64,000 bases of DNA from Clostridia bacterium (GTDB lineage: Bacteria > Bacillota > Clostridia > Oscillospirales > CAG-272): NCBI GenBank assembly GCA_017462485.1, contig JAFTRA010000019.1:28941-92940 (forward strand). The letters run 5' to 3'. Below, in pieces: positions 1 through 13,375 of the stretch. Made by a program: the position numbers and the translations under genes. The first letter of the stretch is position 1. Each line of letters opens with the position of its first letter. The notes beneath the pieces are model-generated. The model did no database searches, was not told where the DNA came from, and saw nothing but the letters and a program-made list of their open reading frames with translations.

Positions 1-758
1 TGATAAACCAGCCTGCTGCCGCGGCAAAGGTTTTTGAAAACGAGTTTGGCAAGATAGACCTTCTCGTTCTTAACGGCGACGTTATTGACCACAGCGGAAG
101 AATTGAAAACTTTGACGCAATTTACGAAATAACCTCTCTTATAACAAAAGGGCGCATACCCACCGTTTTCTCAAGAGGCAATCACGACACGCGCGGCATA
201 TATGCCGAAAATATAGCCGACTATACCCCAACCCTTGACGGAAATTCTTATTTCTCATTCAGAGTGTCGGGTCTTTGGGGGCTCGTTCTCGACTGCGGTG
301 AGGACAAGGCCGATTCGCACGCAGAATACGGAAACACCATTTGCTGCCACTCATTCAGACGTGAAGAAACGAGATATCTCGAAAATATAATCAAAAACGC
401 AAAATCCGAATACGAAGCAGATGGCGTAAAAAGAAAAATAATTCTCGCACATTCTCCTTTTACAACACGCTTCAATGAGCCGTTCAACATTGAAGAGGAC
501 ACCTACGAATACTGGACAAAGCTCATAAAAGAAAACATAAAGCCCGACGTTATGCTGTGCGGTCACACGCATAAATTTGACATCAACCGCCCCGGTGACG
601 AAAAGGACGTCTATGGAATCGGCTGGCCGGTAGTCGTTGCCTCGCGTCCCTCAATCAAGGAGCGTCGGTTTGCGGGTGGAGGACTCGTTTTTGACGGTGA
701 CTCTATTACAGCGGTTTTCTGCGACGAAGAAAAAATAATTTCAAAAGTAGCTCTTTGA
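1..758 (+). CDS. metallophosphoesterase family protein (5' end outside window)
   Basis: Frame 3 is open from base 3. My translation upstream of the listed GTG gives ...DLLVLNGDVIDHSG...SRGNHDTRG..., and the listed part has LCGHTHKF. These are calcineurin-like phosphoesterase motifs. Confidence 0.8.
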   Translation, partial: INQPAAAAKVFENEFGKIDLLVLNGDVIDHSGRIENFDAIYEITSLITKGRIPTVFSRGNHDTRGIYAENIADYTPTLDGNSYFSFRVSGLWGLVLDCGEDKADSHAEYGNTICCHSFRREETRYLENIIKNAKSEYEADGVKRKIILAHSPFTTRFNEPFNIEEDTYEYWTKLIKENIKPDVMLCGHTHKFDINRPGDEKDVYGIGWPVVVASRPSIKERRFAGGGLVFDGDSITAVFCDEEKIISKVAL

Positions 759-794
759 TTTTAACAAGCAATTACGAAAAAACGAGGAATTTGT

Positions 795-1316
795 ATGAAC
801 GATTTACTTAATTTGATAAATTCAAGGGCAAGCACCAAGGCTTACTCCGAAACAATGCCGGAGAACGAAAAAATCGAAGAAATAATAAAAGCCGGTCTAT
901 CCGCCGCAAGCGGAAGAAACCTGCAAGCTCCGATTATTGTTGCCGTGACGAACAAGGACGTAAGGGATAAGCTTTCAGCGGCGAATGCCGCTATTATGGG
1001 CGTTGACACCGACCCGTTCTATTCCGCACCCGTAGTTCTGGTAGTTCTCGCAAAAAAGGCAGCGCACACCTACGTTTATGACGGAAGCCTTGCTCTCGGA
1101 AATATGATGCTCGCCGCTCACGCCGAGGGACTCGGCTCTTGCTGGATTCACCGAGCGAGAGAGGTTTTCGAGCTTCCCGAGTGGAAAGAGTGGCTTAAAT
1201 CAATCGGCATCGAGGACGAGGTCGAGGGCATAGGAAACCTTATCGTAGGTTACCCAAAGGATAAAATTCCCACTCCCAAAGAAAAGAAAAGTGGAAGAGT
1301 TTTCTACGTAAAATAA
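795..1316 (+). CDS. nitroreductase family protein
   Basis: 173 aa. The N-terminus (RASTKAYS...IIKAGLSAASGRNLQ) and the later GSCWI segment are typical of NADH-oxidase/nitroreductase fold proteins. ATG at 795 follows GAGGAA. Confidence 0.85.
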   Translation: MNDLLNLINSRASTKAYSETMPENEKIEEIIKAGLSAASGRNLQAPIIVAVTNKDVRDKLSAANAAIMGVDTDPFYSAPVVLVVLAKKAAHTYVYDGSLALGNMMLAAHAEGLGSCWIHRAREVFELPEWKEWLKSIGIEDEVEGIGNLIVGYPKDKIPTPKEKKSGRVFYVK

Positions 1317-1385
1317 TTTAAATACAATTGTTTTTTAGACAAAGCACCCGAAATTGTAAACAATATTTTGCAAAATAGCGCATAA

Positions 1386-1420
1386 AAACCGCAGTTAAGC
1401 GTTTTTCTTAACTGCGGTTT
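1386..1420. terminator. bidirectional rho-independent terminator (nitroreductase / mnmG)
   Basis: Perfect 14-bp arms AAACCGCAGTTAAG / CTTAACTGCGGTTT. An A-run precedes and a T-run follows, between convergent genes. Confidence 0.75.
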
Positions 1421-1500
1421 GTTTTTATTAAGAGGATTGCGTTCGTTTGGTTTCGAAGCGTTTTTATCTTTCAAGCTTTAAGACACGCAAAGCTGTTTTT

Positions 1501-3372
1501 TTAAAACAGCCTTATTAAAAGCACGCTTATATCGGCAGGGTTTACACCGCTTATTCTCGATGCCTGACCGAGATTTGCGGGTTTTATCTCGTTAAGCTTC
1601 TCTGCCGCTTCAATACGAAGGCCTCCGATTTTCGTGTAGTCTATATCGCTTGGCAGACGTTTTTCCTCAAGGCGCTTATTTCTCTCGACCTCGGCAAGCT
1701 GACGCTTTATATATCCGTCGTACTTAACGCTTATCTCAGCGCTTACGCATACAGAACGCGGCAAGGCTTTTCTCTCCTTATCCACGGCGGCAAGGTCAGA
1801 ATAGGTAAGCTCAGGACGGCGCAAAAGCTCGCAAAGCTTTATACCCGTGGTAATTTTCGTCGAGTTTTTAGACTCAAGGAACGCATTTGTTTCGTCGCTG
1901 GGAGATATCGTTGTTTTCTCTATTCTCTTTATCTCCTCTTCTATCATACGGCGCTTTTCAAGAAAAGCCTCGTATCTTTCATCGGGAATAAGGCCGACTC
2001 GTCTTCCTATATCCGTAAGTCTCAAATCGGCATTATCCTGCCTTAAAATCAGTCGGTACTCGCTGCGTGAGGTCATCATACGGTAGGGCTCGTTCGTCCC
2101 CTTGGTTACAAGGTCGTCTATAAGCGTGCCTATATACGATGACGAGCGCGGAAGAATCATAGGCTCCTCGCCCTTTTGGGAGAGCGCTGCGTTTATTCCC
2201 GCAACCAACCCTTGCGCCGCGGCTTCCTCGTACCCCGAGGTGCCGTTAAACTGACCTGCGCCGTAGAGTCCCCCTACCTTCTTAAATTCCAGAGTCGGAA
2301 GCATTTCGGTAGGCTCTGCGCTGTCATACTCAATAGCGTATGCGTATCTCATAATCTCCGCATTTTCAAAGCCGGTCAGACTCCTTAACATATCGTACTG
2401 AACGTCGGTTGGCATTGAGGTAGAAAAGCCTTGGATATACATCTCATCGGTATCCGTGCCGCAAGGCTCAACGAAAAGCTGATGTCTTTCCTTGTCTCTG
2501 AATCTCACGAGCTTCGTCTCAATAGAGGGGCAATACCTAGGACCCGTGCCGACTATATTACCCGAATACATAGCGCTTCTGTCAAGATTATCGAGTATTA
2601 TTTTATGAGTTTTCTCGTTTGTGTAAACCACGTGGCAAACCGCTGCCTTGTTGGTTATCTCGTTCTCGTCAGAACGTGAGGAAAACGGAGTTGCGTCATC
2701 CTCTCCGCCCTGCTCCTCAAGAAGTGAGAAATCAATAGAACGTCGGTGGACCCTGGCAGGCGTGCCGGTTTTAAAGCGCTGAAGCCTTATTCCCTCTCGT
2801 GCGAGCGCTGCGGAAAGTCCGCTTGCCGGGAGCATACCGTCGGGGCCTGCGGAATAAACCTTGTCACCTACGAATATTTCGCTCTCGAGGAACGTGCCCG
2901 TGGCAATTATAACACGCTCCGCCTCCCAAAACTCGCCAAGCTTGGTCACAACGCCAACGACTCTTTTTTTACCGTCTGTCTCTTCCGTCTTTATATCAAC
3001 AATCTCGCCTTGAACAAGACGCAGCATAGGCTCTTTTTCAAGAGTCCTTTTCATATGTCTTTTGTATGCGTCTCTGTCAGCTTGGGTTCTCTTTGAATGA
3101 ACGGCTGCGCCCTTGCCGAGATTCAAAGTTCTCGATTGAATAGTCACCTTGTCCGCCGCATAGCCCATTTCTCCGCCAAGAGCGTCAATCTCGAAAACGA
3201 GATGCCCCTTTGCGCTGCCGCCTATCGAGGGGTTACAAGGCATATTGCCGATGGCATCTAAATTGGTCGTAAAAATAACCGTGTCAACACCCATTCTTGC
3301 AGACGCGAGCGCCGCTTCTATTCCCGCGTGACCCGCTCCAACAACCAGCACCTTTGTCTTAAAATCAGTCAT
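1501..3372 (-). CDS. mnmG: tRNA uridine 5-carboxymethylaminomethyl modification enzyme MnmG (GidA)
   Basis: 623 aa. FAD-binding N-terminus [23 protein letters not shown] motif, and full-length GidA-like sequence. Confidence 0.97.
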   Translation of the reverse strand: MTDFKTKVLVVGAGHAGIEAALASARMGVDTVIFTTNLDAIGNMPCNPSIGGSAKGHLVFEIDALGGEMGYAADKVTIQSRTLNLGKGAAVHSKRTQADRDAYKRHMKRTLEKEPMLRLVQGEIVDIKTEETDGKKRVVGVVTKLGEFWEAERVIIATGTFLESEIFVGDKVYSAGPDGMLPASGLSAALAREGIRLQRFKTGTPARVHRRSIDFSLLEEQGGEDDATPFSSRSDENEITNKAAVCHVVYTNEKTHKIILDNLDRSAMYSGNIVGTGPRYCPSIETKLVRFRDKERHQLFVEPCGTDTDEMYIQGFSTSMPTDVQYDMLRSLTGFENAEIMRYAYAIEYDSAEPTEMLPTLEFKKVGGLYGAGQFNGTSGYEEAAAQGLVAGINAALSQKGEEPMILPRSSSYIGTLIDDLVTKGTNEPYRMMTSRSEYRLILRQDNADLRLTDIGRRVGLIPDERYEAFLEKRRMIEEEIKRIEKTTISPSDETNAFLESKNSTKITTGIKLCELLRRPELTYSDLAAVDKERKALPRSVCVSAEISVKYDGYIKRQLAEVERNKRLEEKRLPSDIDYTKIGGLRIEAAEKLNEIKPANLGQASRISGVNPADISVLLIRLF

Positions 3373-3436
3373 AAAATCTCCGTGGCAAAGAGCTTAACCC
3401 AAATGGCCTTGCTCAAAAGCCGTTATTTTATCTCTT

Positions 3437-4210
3437 TTAAAATTTGATTCTTTTCACTTCCGTAACTCTTCGAGTTCTGTCATCAAGAGTGAATATAACG
3501 CCGTCAGCCACAACGTCTCCTTCGGCACACTTGAATTTTCCCGGGAGCTTAGTTTTCATTTTGTATAGAACGCTTGATACCTCCATACCGAGAATACCGT
3601 CGCCCTCACCGCACATACCAAGGTCGCTAATATAACCCGTTCCGTTTGGCAAAATTCTGCCGTCTGCGGTCGGAACGTGGGTATGCGTGCCAAAAATAAC
3701 GTTGATTTTTCCGTCGTAATTATACGCTATCGCAAGCTTCTCTCCCGTTGCTTCGGCGTGAATGTCGAGAATAGCTATATCATAATTTCCATTTTCCGTA
3801 TGGAGCGCCCTATCGACGTAAGGATAGGGTGAATCTAGCTGCGGGTCCATATGAACGCATCCAAGCGCATTTATTACGAGAACTCGAGCGACACCTATAT
3901 CTACTACGGTATATCCATGTCCTGCGGCTCCCTCCACATAATTTATAGGTCTTAAAACCTCTGGAATCTCGTCGAGCGCTTTATGTGCGGAAAAATTCTG
4001 CATAGTATGATTTCCGCCGCTTATAACGTCAGCTCCCGAACGCAAAAGCTTCTCTGCCGCCTCTCTCGAAATTCCGGTGATAAAAGAAGCGTTCTCACCG
4101 TTGACAATGCAAAAGTCTATTCCGAACTTTTTTCTTACCGCCCAAAGATTTTTTTCAAGGTGGAGAATTCCTCCGGGACTCGTTACATCCCCTACTGCAA
4201 GTATTTTCAT
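3437..4210 (-). CDS. ymdB: YmdB-type metallophosphoesterase (TIGR00282-like 2',3'-cyclic-nucleotide phosphodiesterase)
   Basis: MKILAVGDVTSPGG...VNGENA...GNH...GTHTHVPT motifs. I moved the start to the internal ATG at 4210 (MKIL). Lies directly downstream of rny, as in Bacillus. Confidence 0.9.
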   Translation of the reverse strand: MKILAVGDVTSPGGILHLEKNLWAVRKKFGIDFCIVNGENASFITGISREAAEKLLRSGADVISGGNHTMQNFSAHKALDEIPEVLRPINYVEGAAGHGYTVVDIGVARVLVINALGCVHMDPQLDSPYPYVDRALHTENGNYDIAILDIHAEATGEKLAIAYNYDGKINVIFGTHTHVPTADGRILPNGTGYISDLGMCGEGDGILGMEVSSVLYKMKTKLPGKFKCAEGDVVADGVIFTLDDRTRRVTEVKRIKF

Positions 4211-4385
4211 TTTCTCTACGTTGGCATGCCAACTCTTTCTATGCCGCATTCTGCGGCTCGTTTATATTTGCCTGTTTATAGCAAATATTTATTTTTTAAT
4301 ATGCATTATGTATTTTATTGTCTTAGGTTGAAGATTTAGAAATAGGAGGGCACCGTACTAAATTGCCGGCACCCTCATAACTCGA

Positions 4386-5927
4386 TTATTTTGCGTAATC
4401 TACCGTTCTGCTTTCACGGATAACGCTTACCTTTATCTGACCGGGATAGTCAAGCTCGTTTTCAATCTTCTTTGCGATATCTCTCGCAAGAAGCTTCATC
4501 TTATCGTCGTCGATAACCTCGGGCTTAACCATAATTCTTACCTCACGGCCCGCCTGGATAGCGAACGTCTTGTCCACACCCTCGAAGTCGCCCGCAACCT
4601 CTTCAAGCTTCTGAAGACGCTTAATGTAATTCTCAACGTCCTCACGGCGAGCACCGGGACGTGCCGCACTGAGCGCGTCTGCCGCCTGAATTATGAAATC
4701 AAGTGCGGTAAGTGACTCTACGTCGTTGTGATGAGCCTCGATGGCGTGTATAATTTCCTTGCTCTCGCGGTATTTCTTTGCAATATCTACGCCAAGCTGA
4801 ACGTGCGAGCCCTCTGCCTCGGCGGTAACAGCCTTACCAATATCGTGAAGAAGTCCCGCTCTCTTTGCCATAGTAACGTCAACGCCCATCTCGTCGGCAA
4901 TAACACCGGCAAGCATAGAAACCTCAATAGAATGGCGAAGCGCATTCTGACCGTAAGACGTACGGTACTTCATACGTCCGAGAAGCTTTATCTCCTCGGG
5001 ATGCAAGCCATGAACGCCGGTCTCGAATACGGCTCGCTCTCCCGCCTGCTTAATAGCGTTATCAACGTCACGGCGAGCCTTTTCAACCATTTCCTCGATT
5101 CTCGCAGGGTGGATTCTGCCGTCGGCAATAAGCTTTTCAAGAGCAATTCTTGCGATTTCACGGCGAACGGGATCAAATCCCGAAACTGTAATAACGTCGG
5201 GAGTATCGTCAATTATAAGCTCAACTCCGGTAAGGTTTTCTATCGTTCTTATGTTTCTTCCCTCACGGCCGATGATTCTTCCCTTCATCTCGTCACCGGG
5301 AATCTGAACTACCGATATAGCTATCTCGCTTACGTGGTCTGCTGCGCAGCGCTGAATGGCGAGCGAGAGAATATCCTTAGCTTTAGAGTCTGCCTCTTCC
5401 TTGAATTTCTCCTCGTACTCGGCAATTTTAAGAGCGGTTTCATGCTGCATTTCAGAATCAAGTCTTGAAACGAGCTCCGCCTTCGCGTCCTCCTTGGTGA
5501 GTCCGGCAATTCTCTCAAGGCTTACTATCTGCGCCTGAAGAGTTGCGTCGGTTTTTTCCTTTAAGCTTTCAAGCTCGGCTCTCTTTTCCTGAAGAGCCGC
5601 CTCTTTTTTTTCGATTCCCTCGAGCTTTGCGTCAAGAGTTTCCTCCTTCTGCGCTACTCTTCTTTCAAGTCTTGAAACTTCCTTACGGCGTTCTTTCACG
5701 TCGAAGTCAGCTTCTTTTTTCATTTGGAAAATTTCATCTTTTGCGGCAAAAATTGCTTCTTTTTTAGTGGTTTCCGCATTTTTTATCGCATCTTGCAAAA
5801 TGTTCTTCGCTTGTTCTTCAGCGGAGCCGATTTTCTTTTCAGCCATCGCTTTTCTAACAATAAAGCCCACTCCGCAGCCCACTACGAGACCGCCGAGAAG
5901 ACCGATTATCAATGATAATGCGTCCAT
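4386..5927 (-). CDS. rny: ribonuclease Y
   Basis: N-terminal TM segment, long coiled-coil, KH segment ([12 protein letters not shown]) and HD domain (LLHDIGKA). Start set at ATG 5927, preceded by AAAGGA. The listed 24-aa extension is unlikely. Confidence 0.95.
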   Translation of the reverse strand: MDALSLIIGLLGGLVVGCGVGFIVRKAMAEKKIGSAEEQAKNILQDAIKNAETTKKEAIFAAKDEIFQMKKEADFDVKERRKEVSRLERRVAQKEETLDAKLEGIEKKEAALQEKRAELESLKEKTDATLQAQIVSLERIAGLTKEDAKAELVSRLDSEMQHETALKIAEYEEKFKEEADSKAKDILSLAIQRCAADHVSEIAISVVQIPGDEMKGRIIGREGRNIRTIENLTGVELIIDDTPDVITVSGFDPVRREIARIALEKLIADGRIHPARIEEMVEKARRDVDNAIKQAGERAVFETGVHGLHPEEIKLLGRMKYRTSYGQNALRHSIEVSMLAGVIADEMGVDVTMAKRAGLLHDIGKAVTAEAEGSHVQLGVDIAKKYRESKEIIHAIEAHHNDVESLTALDFIIQAADALSAARPGARREDVENYIKRLQKLEEVAGDFEGVDKTFAIQAGREVRIMVKPEVIDDDKMKLLARDIAKKIENELDYPGQIKVSVIRESRTVDYAK

Positions 5928-6028
5928 TGTTTGATTGTCCTTTCTTTTTATCGTGAATATAACGATCAGCACTAGGCTATGGTATTTATAAAATAGCAAA
6001 AGTCTTTTGCGAATAATCGTACAAATTT

Positions 6029-6057
6029 ATTATATAATAAAATATAAGTAAAGTCAA
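6029..6057 (-). promoter_or_regulatory. sigmaA-type promoter candidate for rny
   Basis: On the minus strand: TTGACT, 17 nt, TATAAT (plus-strand AGTCAA 6052-6057, ATTATA 6029-6034). Confidence 0.5.
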
Positions 6058-6227
6058 GATACATTTTTTACAAATTATACCCAAAAAAATCAGCAATAAA
6101 TTCATATGGGATTCGAGATTAATCGTTTTTTTGTAAAAAAGCTTTATTTTTTTGCCCTAAAATAGCACACTGACAGCCAAATTGCTTAATATTAACAAAA
6201 AGTTCACATTTTTTAATCCAAAAACTC

Positions 6228-6256
6228 TTGACACGTATTCGAAAATGTATTATATT
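6228..6256 (+). promoter_or_regulatory. sigmaA-type promoter of the hrcA-grpE-dnaK-dnaJ operon
   Basis: TTGACA (6228-6233), 17-nt spacer, TATATT (6251-6256). Sits immediately upstream of the CIRCE element. Confidence 0.7.
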
Positions 6257-6269
6257 AAAGACGTCCATT

Positions 6270-6296
6270 TTAGCACTCTTGGTCATCAAGTGCTAA
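6270..6296 (+). promoter_or_regulatory. CIRCE operator (HrcA binding site)
   Basis: TTAGCACTC-N9-AAGTGCTAA, one mismatch to the consensus TTAGCACTC-N9-GAGTGCTAA. Lies between the promoter and hrcA. Confidence 0.9.
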
Positions 6297-6320
6297 AAAC
6301 TAAGAGAAAGGCGTAATTTG

Positions 6321-7391
6321 ATGGAAGATAGCAAGCTTAGCAAAAGAAAGCAGCAAATTCTCAAAGCGATAGTAGATGCGCATATCAGCCACGGCGAGCC
6401 CGTCGGCTCTAAATATCTCTCTCAGGACGCCGAAATCTCCGCTTCCTCGGCCACTATAAGAAACGAGATGGCAGATCTTGAGGAGATGGGTTACCTTATC
6501 CAGCCTCACACGTCGTCGGGCAGAGTCCCCTCCGTGCTTGGATACCGTTACTACGTTGACTCTCTCGTGCGGCAGTACGCAGAAACGAGGAACGAGATAG
6601 ACGAAATTAACGAGAGACTTCGTTACAAGCTTACCGAAATGGACGAGATTTTATCAGAGGCATCGCATCTGGCTTCTTCGTTCACAGATTACACGGGTAT
6701 AGCCTTTAAGACGAATTCGGGCAAGGTGAGAATTAACCGTTTTGATGCGGTTTATATTTCTCAAAGAAACTTTCACCTCGTTATGAGCTTCTCGGGCAAC
6801 ATAGTCAAATCCAAGACTCTTATCGTCGGCTTCGCCATAACGCGTGAGGACGTGAGCAGATTTGCCGAGGCGGCAAACATTTACCTCGCAAACCTTACGA
6901 GCGACGAAATCACGATGCCCATAATTATGAAGCTTGAGGCTCTTATGGGGCAGTCATCTCCCATAGTTCACCCCGCAATCAAAGCGATATACGAGGTTAT
7001 GAGCGAGCTTGACACGGCGGATATAAAGGTAGAGGGTGTAAATAAGCTTTTGAAATTCCCGGAATATTCCGACGTATCAAAGCTGCGCGATATTCTCGGT
7101 GTTCTCGAAGAGAAGGATAAGCTTCTCGACGTTATCTCGTCAAAGGGCATGAGCAACGACGGAATAAACGTTTATATAGGAAACGAAAACGATGATGACG
7201 TTATGAGCGATACAACGCTTATTTTCAAGAATATATACATTGGCGGCAAACGAGTCGCGATAGGCGTTATCGGTCCGAAGCGTATGGATTACAGTAAGGT
7301 TATCCGAATGATAAACAAGCTGGCAAACGGTATGGACCAAATGTTCGGCGAGGGTGGATTAAGGCTCTTGACCGACGGAAACGACGATTGA
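6321..7391 (+). CDS. hrcA: heat-inducible transcription repressor HrcA
   Basis: Winged-helix N-terminus (RKQQILKAIVDAHISHGEPVGSKYL), length and position ahead of grpE-dnaK-dnaJ. ATG at 6321; the listed start is a TTG one codon upstream. Confidence 0.95.
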   Translation: MEDSKLSKRKQQILKAIVDAHISHGEPVGSKYLSQDAEISASSATIRNEMADLEEMGYLIQPHTSSGRVPSVLGYRYYVDSLVRQYAETRNEIDEINERLRYKLTEMDEILSEASHLASSFTDYTGIAFKTNSGKVRINRFDAVYISQRNFHLVMSFSGNIVKSKTLIVGFAITREDVSRFAEAANIYLANLTSDEITMPIIMKLEALMGQSSPIVHPAIKAIYEVMSELDTADIKVEGVNKLLKFPEYSDVSKLRDILGVLEEKDKLLDVISSKGMSNDGINVYIGNENDDDVMSDTTLIFKNIYIGGKRVAIGVIGPKRMDYSKVIRMINKLANGMDQMFGEGGLRLLTDGNDD

Positions 7392-7415
7392 TAAAACGAA
7401 AGGCAGGCACCGAAA

Positions 7416-7973
7416 GTGGCGGCAAAAAACAGCGAAAAGAAAACAAAAGTTGACATTTCAGAGAAAAATGAAGAGACAAAGGCAAATTCAGAAGTCAAAG
7501 AAGCCGAAGAGAAAGCGCCCACCGTAGAAGAGCTTCTCCATAAAATTTCCGAGCTTGAGGCTCTCATAAAGGAAAAAGACGACCAGCATTTGAGAATGGC
7601 TGCTGAATACGACAATTTCAGAAGACGCTCAAGAGAAGAGAAAGAGGCGACTTACACAGAGGCGGTTGCTGACACCGTTGGAGAATTACTTCCTATTATT
7701 GATAATCTCGAGCGCGCGGCTCTTTACGACGACGAGAGTAAGGTAAAAGAGGGACTCGTTATGATTGCCAAATCTACCGAGGCGGTTTTTGAAAAGCTTA
7801 AGGTTGAGGCAGTAGGCAAGGTAGGAGAAACCTTCGACCCCAATCTTCACAACGCGGTTCTTCACGCTGAAGACGAAAATCTCGGTGAGGGAGAAATCGT
7901 AGAGGTATTCCAAAAGGGATACAAAAAAGGCAACAAAATCATTCGCTTTGCGATGGTTAAAACAGTTAACTAG
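7416..7973 (+). CDS. grpE: nucleotide exchange factor GrpE
   Basis: AEYDNFRRR motif and GrpE-like C-terminus (...IRFAMVKTV). GTG start is the only in-frame start. Confidence 0.93.
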   Translation: MAAKNSEKKTKVDISEKNEETKANSEVKEAEEKAPTVEELLHKISELEALIKEKDDQHLRMAAEYDNFRRRSREEKEATYTEAVADTVGELLPIIDNLERAALYDDESKVKEGLVMIAKSTEAVFEKLKVEAVGKVGETFDPNLHNAVLHAEDENLGEGEIVEVFQKGYKKGNKIIRFAMVKTVN

Positions 7974-7988
7974 TTATTAAAATTTTGA

Positions 7989-9827
<1,839 letters not shown>

Positions 9828-9877
9828 TTTGTCAACATTTTGACAATCATAGTTTGCATTATAGTATCATAAAAACA

Positions 9878-9917
9878 AGTTTCCCGAGGATTTAATTATC
9901 ATTTCTTCGGGAAACTT
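9878..9917 (+). terminator. hairpin / partial terminator between dnaK and dnaJ
   Basis: Arms AAGTTTCCCGA / TCGGGAAACTT, followed by a T-rich tract (TCAAGTTATTTTTT). Confidence 0.6.
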
Positions 9918-9969
9918 TCAAGTTATTTTTTACATCTAAAAGTCATTTTTAGTGACGCAAAGGATTATT

Positions 9970-11106
9970 ATGGCAGATAACAAAAAAGATTATTACGAGG
10001 TGCTTGGCGTCGAAAAGGGCGCTTCCGATGACGAACTCAAAAGAGCATACAGAAAGCTTGCCAAGCAATATCACCCCGATATGAACCCCGGCAACGCCGA
10101 AGCAGAGCTTAAATTCAAAGAGGTCAACGAAGCGTACGAGGTTCTTTCAGATCCCGAAAAGCGTGAGAAATACGACAGATACGGTCATGCCGCATTTGAT
10201 CCCTCTATGGGCGGTGGCGCAGGCTTTGGCGGTTTCAGCGGTTTTGGCGGCGGATTTGATTTCGGTGATATTTTCTCAAGCATATTCGGCGGTGGCGGCG
10301 GCAGAGGAGCACGCTCGAACGCAATTGACGGCGATGACATTTCGGTAAGAGTTACCATTTCCTTCGAGGAAGCGGTGTTCGGCTGCAAGAAGGAGATTTC
10401 CTTCGCCAGAATAGAGGGCTGCTCGGAGTGTGGCGCAACGGGTGCTGCAAAGGGTACGAAGCCCGAGACGTGTCCTACTTGTAAGGGTACGGGAAGCGTT
10501 CGCGTTCAGCAGAATATGGGCTTTGGCTTTATGGAAAGTCAGCGCGCGTGCAGCAACTGCCGCGGAACAGGTAAAATAGTCAAAACGCCCTGCAAAAACT
10601 GCAACGGTAAGGGCTTTGTAAGAATAAACAAGAAGATGGACGTATCAATTCCCGCGGGTATTGACTCGGAGCAGAGAATAATTCTTCGCAATCAAGGCTC
10701 GGCAGGAAGAAACGGGGGAGCAAACGGAGACCTTTGCATCCTCGTCAGAGTTCTTCCCCACACGGTATTCGAGCGCGAGGGTGACAATCTTTACTGCGAG
10801 GTTCCGATTTCGTTCGCAGAAGCGGCGCTCGGTGCGGAAATCGACATTCCGATTATAGGCGGAGGTACGGAGAAATTCACTATCCCGGAGGGCACTCAGT
10901 CGGATACGTCATTTACTCTTAAGGGTAAAGGCGTGCCAAACGTCAATACCAAGCGCAAGGGTGACCTTATCATAACCGTAAACGTTGAAACTCCCAAAAA
11001 TCTCACCTCAAAGCAAAAAGATCTTCTTTCCGCATTCGCCGAATCGCTCGGCGAGGGCAATACGGGAAAGCGTCAGGGCTTCTTTAAAAAGATTTTCAAC
11101 AAATAA
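9970..11106 (+). CDS. dnaJ: molecular chaperone DnaJ
   Basis: J domain (DYYEVLGV...HPD), G/F-rich region and four CxxCxGxG zinc-finger repeats. ATG 9970 follows AAAGGA. Confidence 0.97.
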   Translation: MADNKKDYYEVLGVEKGASDDELKRAYRKLAKQYHPDMNPGNAEAELKFKEVNEAYEVLSDPEKREKYDRYGHAAFDPSMGGGAGFGGFSGFGGGFDFGDIFSSIFGGGGGRGARSNAIDGDDISVRVTISFEEAVFGCKKEISFARIEGCSECGATGAAKGTKPETCPTCKGTGSVRVQQNMGFGFMESQRACSNCRGTGKIVKTPCKNCNGKGFVRINKKMDVSIPAGIDSEQRIILRNQGSAGRNGGANGDLCILVRVLPHTVFEREGDNLYCEVPISFAEAALGAEIDIPIIGGGTEKFTIPEGTQSDTSFTLKGKGVPNVNTKRKGDLIITVNVETPKNLTSKQKDLLSAFAESLGEGNTGKRQGFFKKIFNK

Positions 11107-11168
11107 CCCAATAAATATAATCATTTATTTAACCAAGTTTTTGATATAACGGCTAAGTATTTATAAAA

Positions 11169-11210
11169 AATAGAGATAAATGTAATCTTTTGTTTGCATT
11201 TATCTCTATT
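11169..11210. terminator. bidirectional rho-independent terminator (dnaJ / histidine phosphatase)
   Basis: 14-bp arms AATAGAGATAAATG / CATTTATCTCTATT, flanked by an A-run and a T-run between convergent genes. Confidence 0.75.
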
Positions 11211-11395
11211 TTTGTATATTCACTTCTTTTTGTTCATACAGTTTGCTTCTGTTTTTATAAAATTATCAACACTTTTTTGCAAAAGCGCATCGCCTAAAGC
11301 TTTCGATTCTTTCGTTTTTAATAAAACACCTAAAGCTTTAAATTTTCCCTTTTTACTAAAGCTTTTTAAAAAACATCAAAAAACTTAAGTATAAA

Positions 11396-12118
11396 TCAAA
11401 GCAAATCCAAAAGGTGAGCTGCGTGAGAGTATTCGCCTGGGATAAGACGCTCCCCGTCAAAATACACCACCGAAACAGAAGCGTTTTCGGGGAACGGAAG
11501 CTCGGCCGCAAGATTCTCAGGTCTTATCCCCGCAATTACACCCCAAAAAGAGCGTATGGCGGCTGCATGGCAGCCTATCAATATATGCCGCCCCTCGTTT
11601 TCTTTCGCTATACGATATATTTCATTATATATTCTCTTTGCAAGATCGGGCACATATTCCCCCTCAGGAATCCTTGAAAGACCAAAATTATTTCTCCATT
11701 CGTCTATGAATTCGTGTGGATATTTAGAAATTATATCTTCCACAAAAAGACCTTCCCAAGCTCCCGCATATATCTCTTTAAGCTCGTCGGAATCAATGAC
11801 AGGCATATTTCTCATCTTGGCATGAGGAAGCGAAGTATTATGTGCTCTTATAAGGCTGCTCGAATAAACCGCATCTATCCTCTCATAAGCAAGAAACTCT
11901 GCAGTTCTTGCCGCCTGAAGATAACCGAGCTCGGATAAATCCTTGTCAGTATGCCCAAGGAATTCCCTCTTTGCGTTACCTAGAGATTGACCGTGTCTTA
12001 CCAAATATATCACAGTTTCAAAGCGTTTATCAAGCTTTAGCGCCGACATATCCGGAGTTCCGTTCTCTTCTCTTCCGGTCTTCGTATTGTTTTCTATACT
12101 TATTTCCTTATCATTCAT
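11396..12118 (-). CDS. histidine phosphatase family protein (phosphoglycerate-mutase-like)
   Basis: Catalytic LVRHGQSLGN motif and a later GCHAAAIR segment. Start uncertain; I chose ATG 12118, while the listed ORF runs to 12229. Confidence 0.8.
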   Translation of the reverse strand: MNDKEISIENNTKTGREENGTPDMSALKLDKRFETVIYLVRHGQSLGNAKREFLGHTDKDLSELGYLQAARTAEFLAYERIDAVYSSSLIRAHNTSLPHAKMRNMPVIDSDELKEIYAGAWEGLFVEDIISKYPHEFIDEWRNNFGLSRIPEGEYVPDLAKRIYNEIYRIAKENEGRHILIGCHAAAIRSFWGVIAGIRPENLAAELPFPENASVSVVYFDGERLIPGEYSHAAHLLDLL

Positions 12119-13375
12119 TTTATCACCGTTTTCTGTTTTGCTTATTTCGTTTGATATTCTGTACGTATTAACATCAAAGAGTTCTGCTGTTTTTTTGTAA
12201 AGCGCCGTTTTTTTCGCAACTTTTCGCAAATTTACTTTTTATTTGTATGCTTTATAAATGCATTTTTATGCACTTTGCGTTTTTTGTTTTTTAAAAAGAA
12301 AAATTGTTCAAGACATTTTACGACGAAGGTGTTTTTGTTTTATATAGCGCAGCCTGTGCGTTGTTTGATTTAAAAAAGTACAACAAAACGCATTTTCATC
12401 GCATCAGAGAAATTGAATTCTCGTCTTTTTTCTCAAAACGCAGCCTCTTTCACTTTTTTCGCAAGCGAGCTCCGCCTGATTTCATATACTATCATAACAT
12501 TTACTTATTACTTTGTCAAGATGCGTCGAATGCCTCTCACGTTATTTGCATTTCTTCGAAGCACCGAGCTTTATGAATTTCAATTTATCCAAAAGAATCC
12601 AACGACTGTCGCTTTTTATTGCTTTTCTTTTTTTGTTTTCGAATACCGTTTCAAGAACGTAGGCAATCGGCCGCCGGAATTCTAGAGAACCTTAATATCA
12701 AGAGTTCTTCGTCGGGCATCGCTTTTTCAAAAGCATTTTTTGTTTGTTTTTTTGTATAATCCAACACTTTCTTTCGTTGGTTGCGGTTGAATAATTATAC
12801 AATAAATGAATATTTATACAATATAATGTTAATTTTTACCAATTATCTGAGTAAAAGATATTTCGTTTTTTTAACGAAAAACCGGCATAATTTTTTAAAA
12901 AATTCGGCTCAAAAAACACGGAGCAGCAATTTAACACCAAAAATCTTACATAATTTTCCATTTTTTAAGTTTTTCGCATTTTTTGCCGTTTTCATGCGAT
13001 TACCAAGAAAGCGCAGGGCATACGATAGGTAAATGCCATTTTTTTCAAGAGTAAGCTAGCGTCAACCTAAATTAAATGCGTTTTATAGACCGTTTTCACA
13101 TAAATATGTCAAAAAACTTGCGATATTTAACCAATAAAGCACATACCCGTATATTAAAAGCGATTTTTTTAAGTTTTTCGGTTTTTATCATCAAATTGCC
13201 GTAAAAACATCGCATTTTGCTCCGTTTTTGGTAAAATCCGGGCGTTTTTAGACGCAAAATTCTACTTTTTTCTGTTTTATCCAGGTAATGTAGCATTTTT
13301 TGATTTGTGCTCTACAATGCTAAATTAGCGCCCGCCATAAGAAGATTTCTTGTTTTTTACAGCGAAAATCGGACT

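Noticed and set aside
4728-5468. Long antisense ORFs opposite well-supported genes. Examples: 246 aa opposite rny; 8235-8858 opposite dnaK; 21842-22606 opposite rnj; 52695-53525 opposite the SDR; 59551-60390 opposite GDPD; 51593-52153.
   Set aside because: Each lies entirely inside a gene with unmistakable family motifs on the other strand. They have odd, low-complexity composition (S/L/R/F/C-rich) and no RBS. They are shadow ORFs.
9829-9846. Palindrome TTGTCAA-CATT-TTGACAA right after the dnaK stop, containing a TTGACA hexamer. Considered as an internal dnaJ promoter or operator.
   Set aside because: Only weak -10 candidates follow (TAGTAT at 16 nt), and a terminator-like hairpin lies downstream of it. 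Function cannot be argued from sequence, so it is left unannotated.
11294-11365. Three copies of CTAAAGCTTT (11294, 11330, 11356) downstream of the histidine-phosphatase gene.
   Set aside because: A short 10-mer containing the self-complementary AAGCTT in AT-rich spacer. No consistent spacing and no associated gene start. Probably chance or part of weak terminator structures.
12668-12686. Polylinker-like cluster CGGCCGCCGGAATTCTAGAG (EagI, EcoRI and XbaI sites overlapping) in otherwise AT-rich DNA, vaguely reminiscent of a cloning prefix.
   Set aside because: It does not match any standard prefix exactly; for example, there is no complete NotI site. I saw no vector, marker or scar sequences nearby. 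Most likely coincidence. A vector-screen (UniVec) search would settle it.
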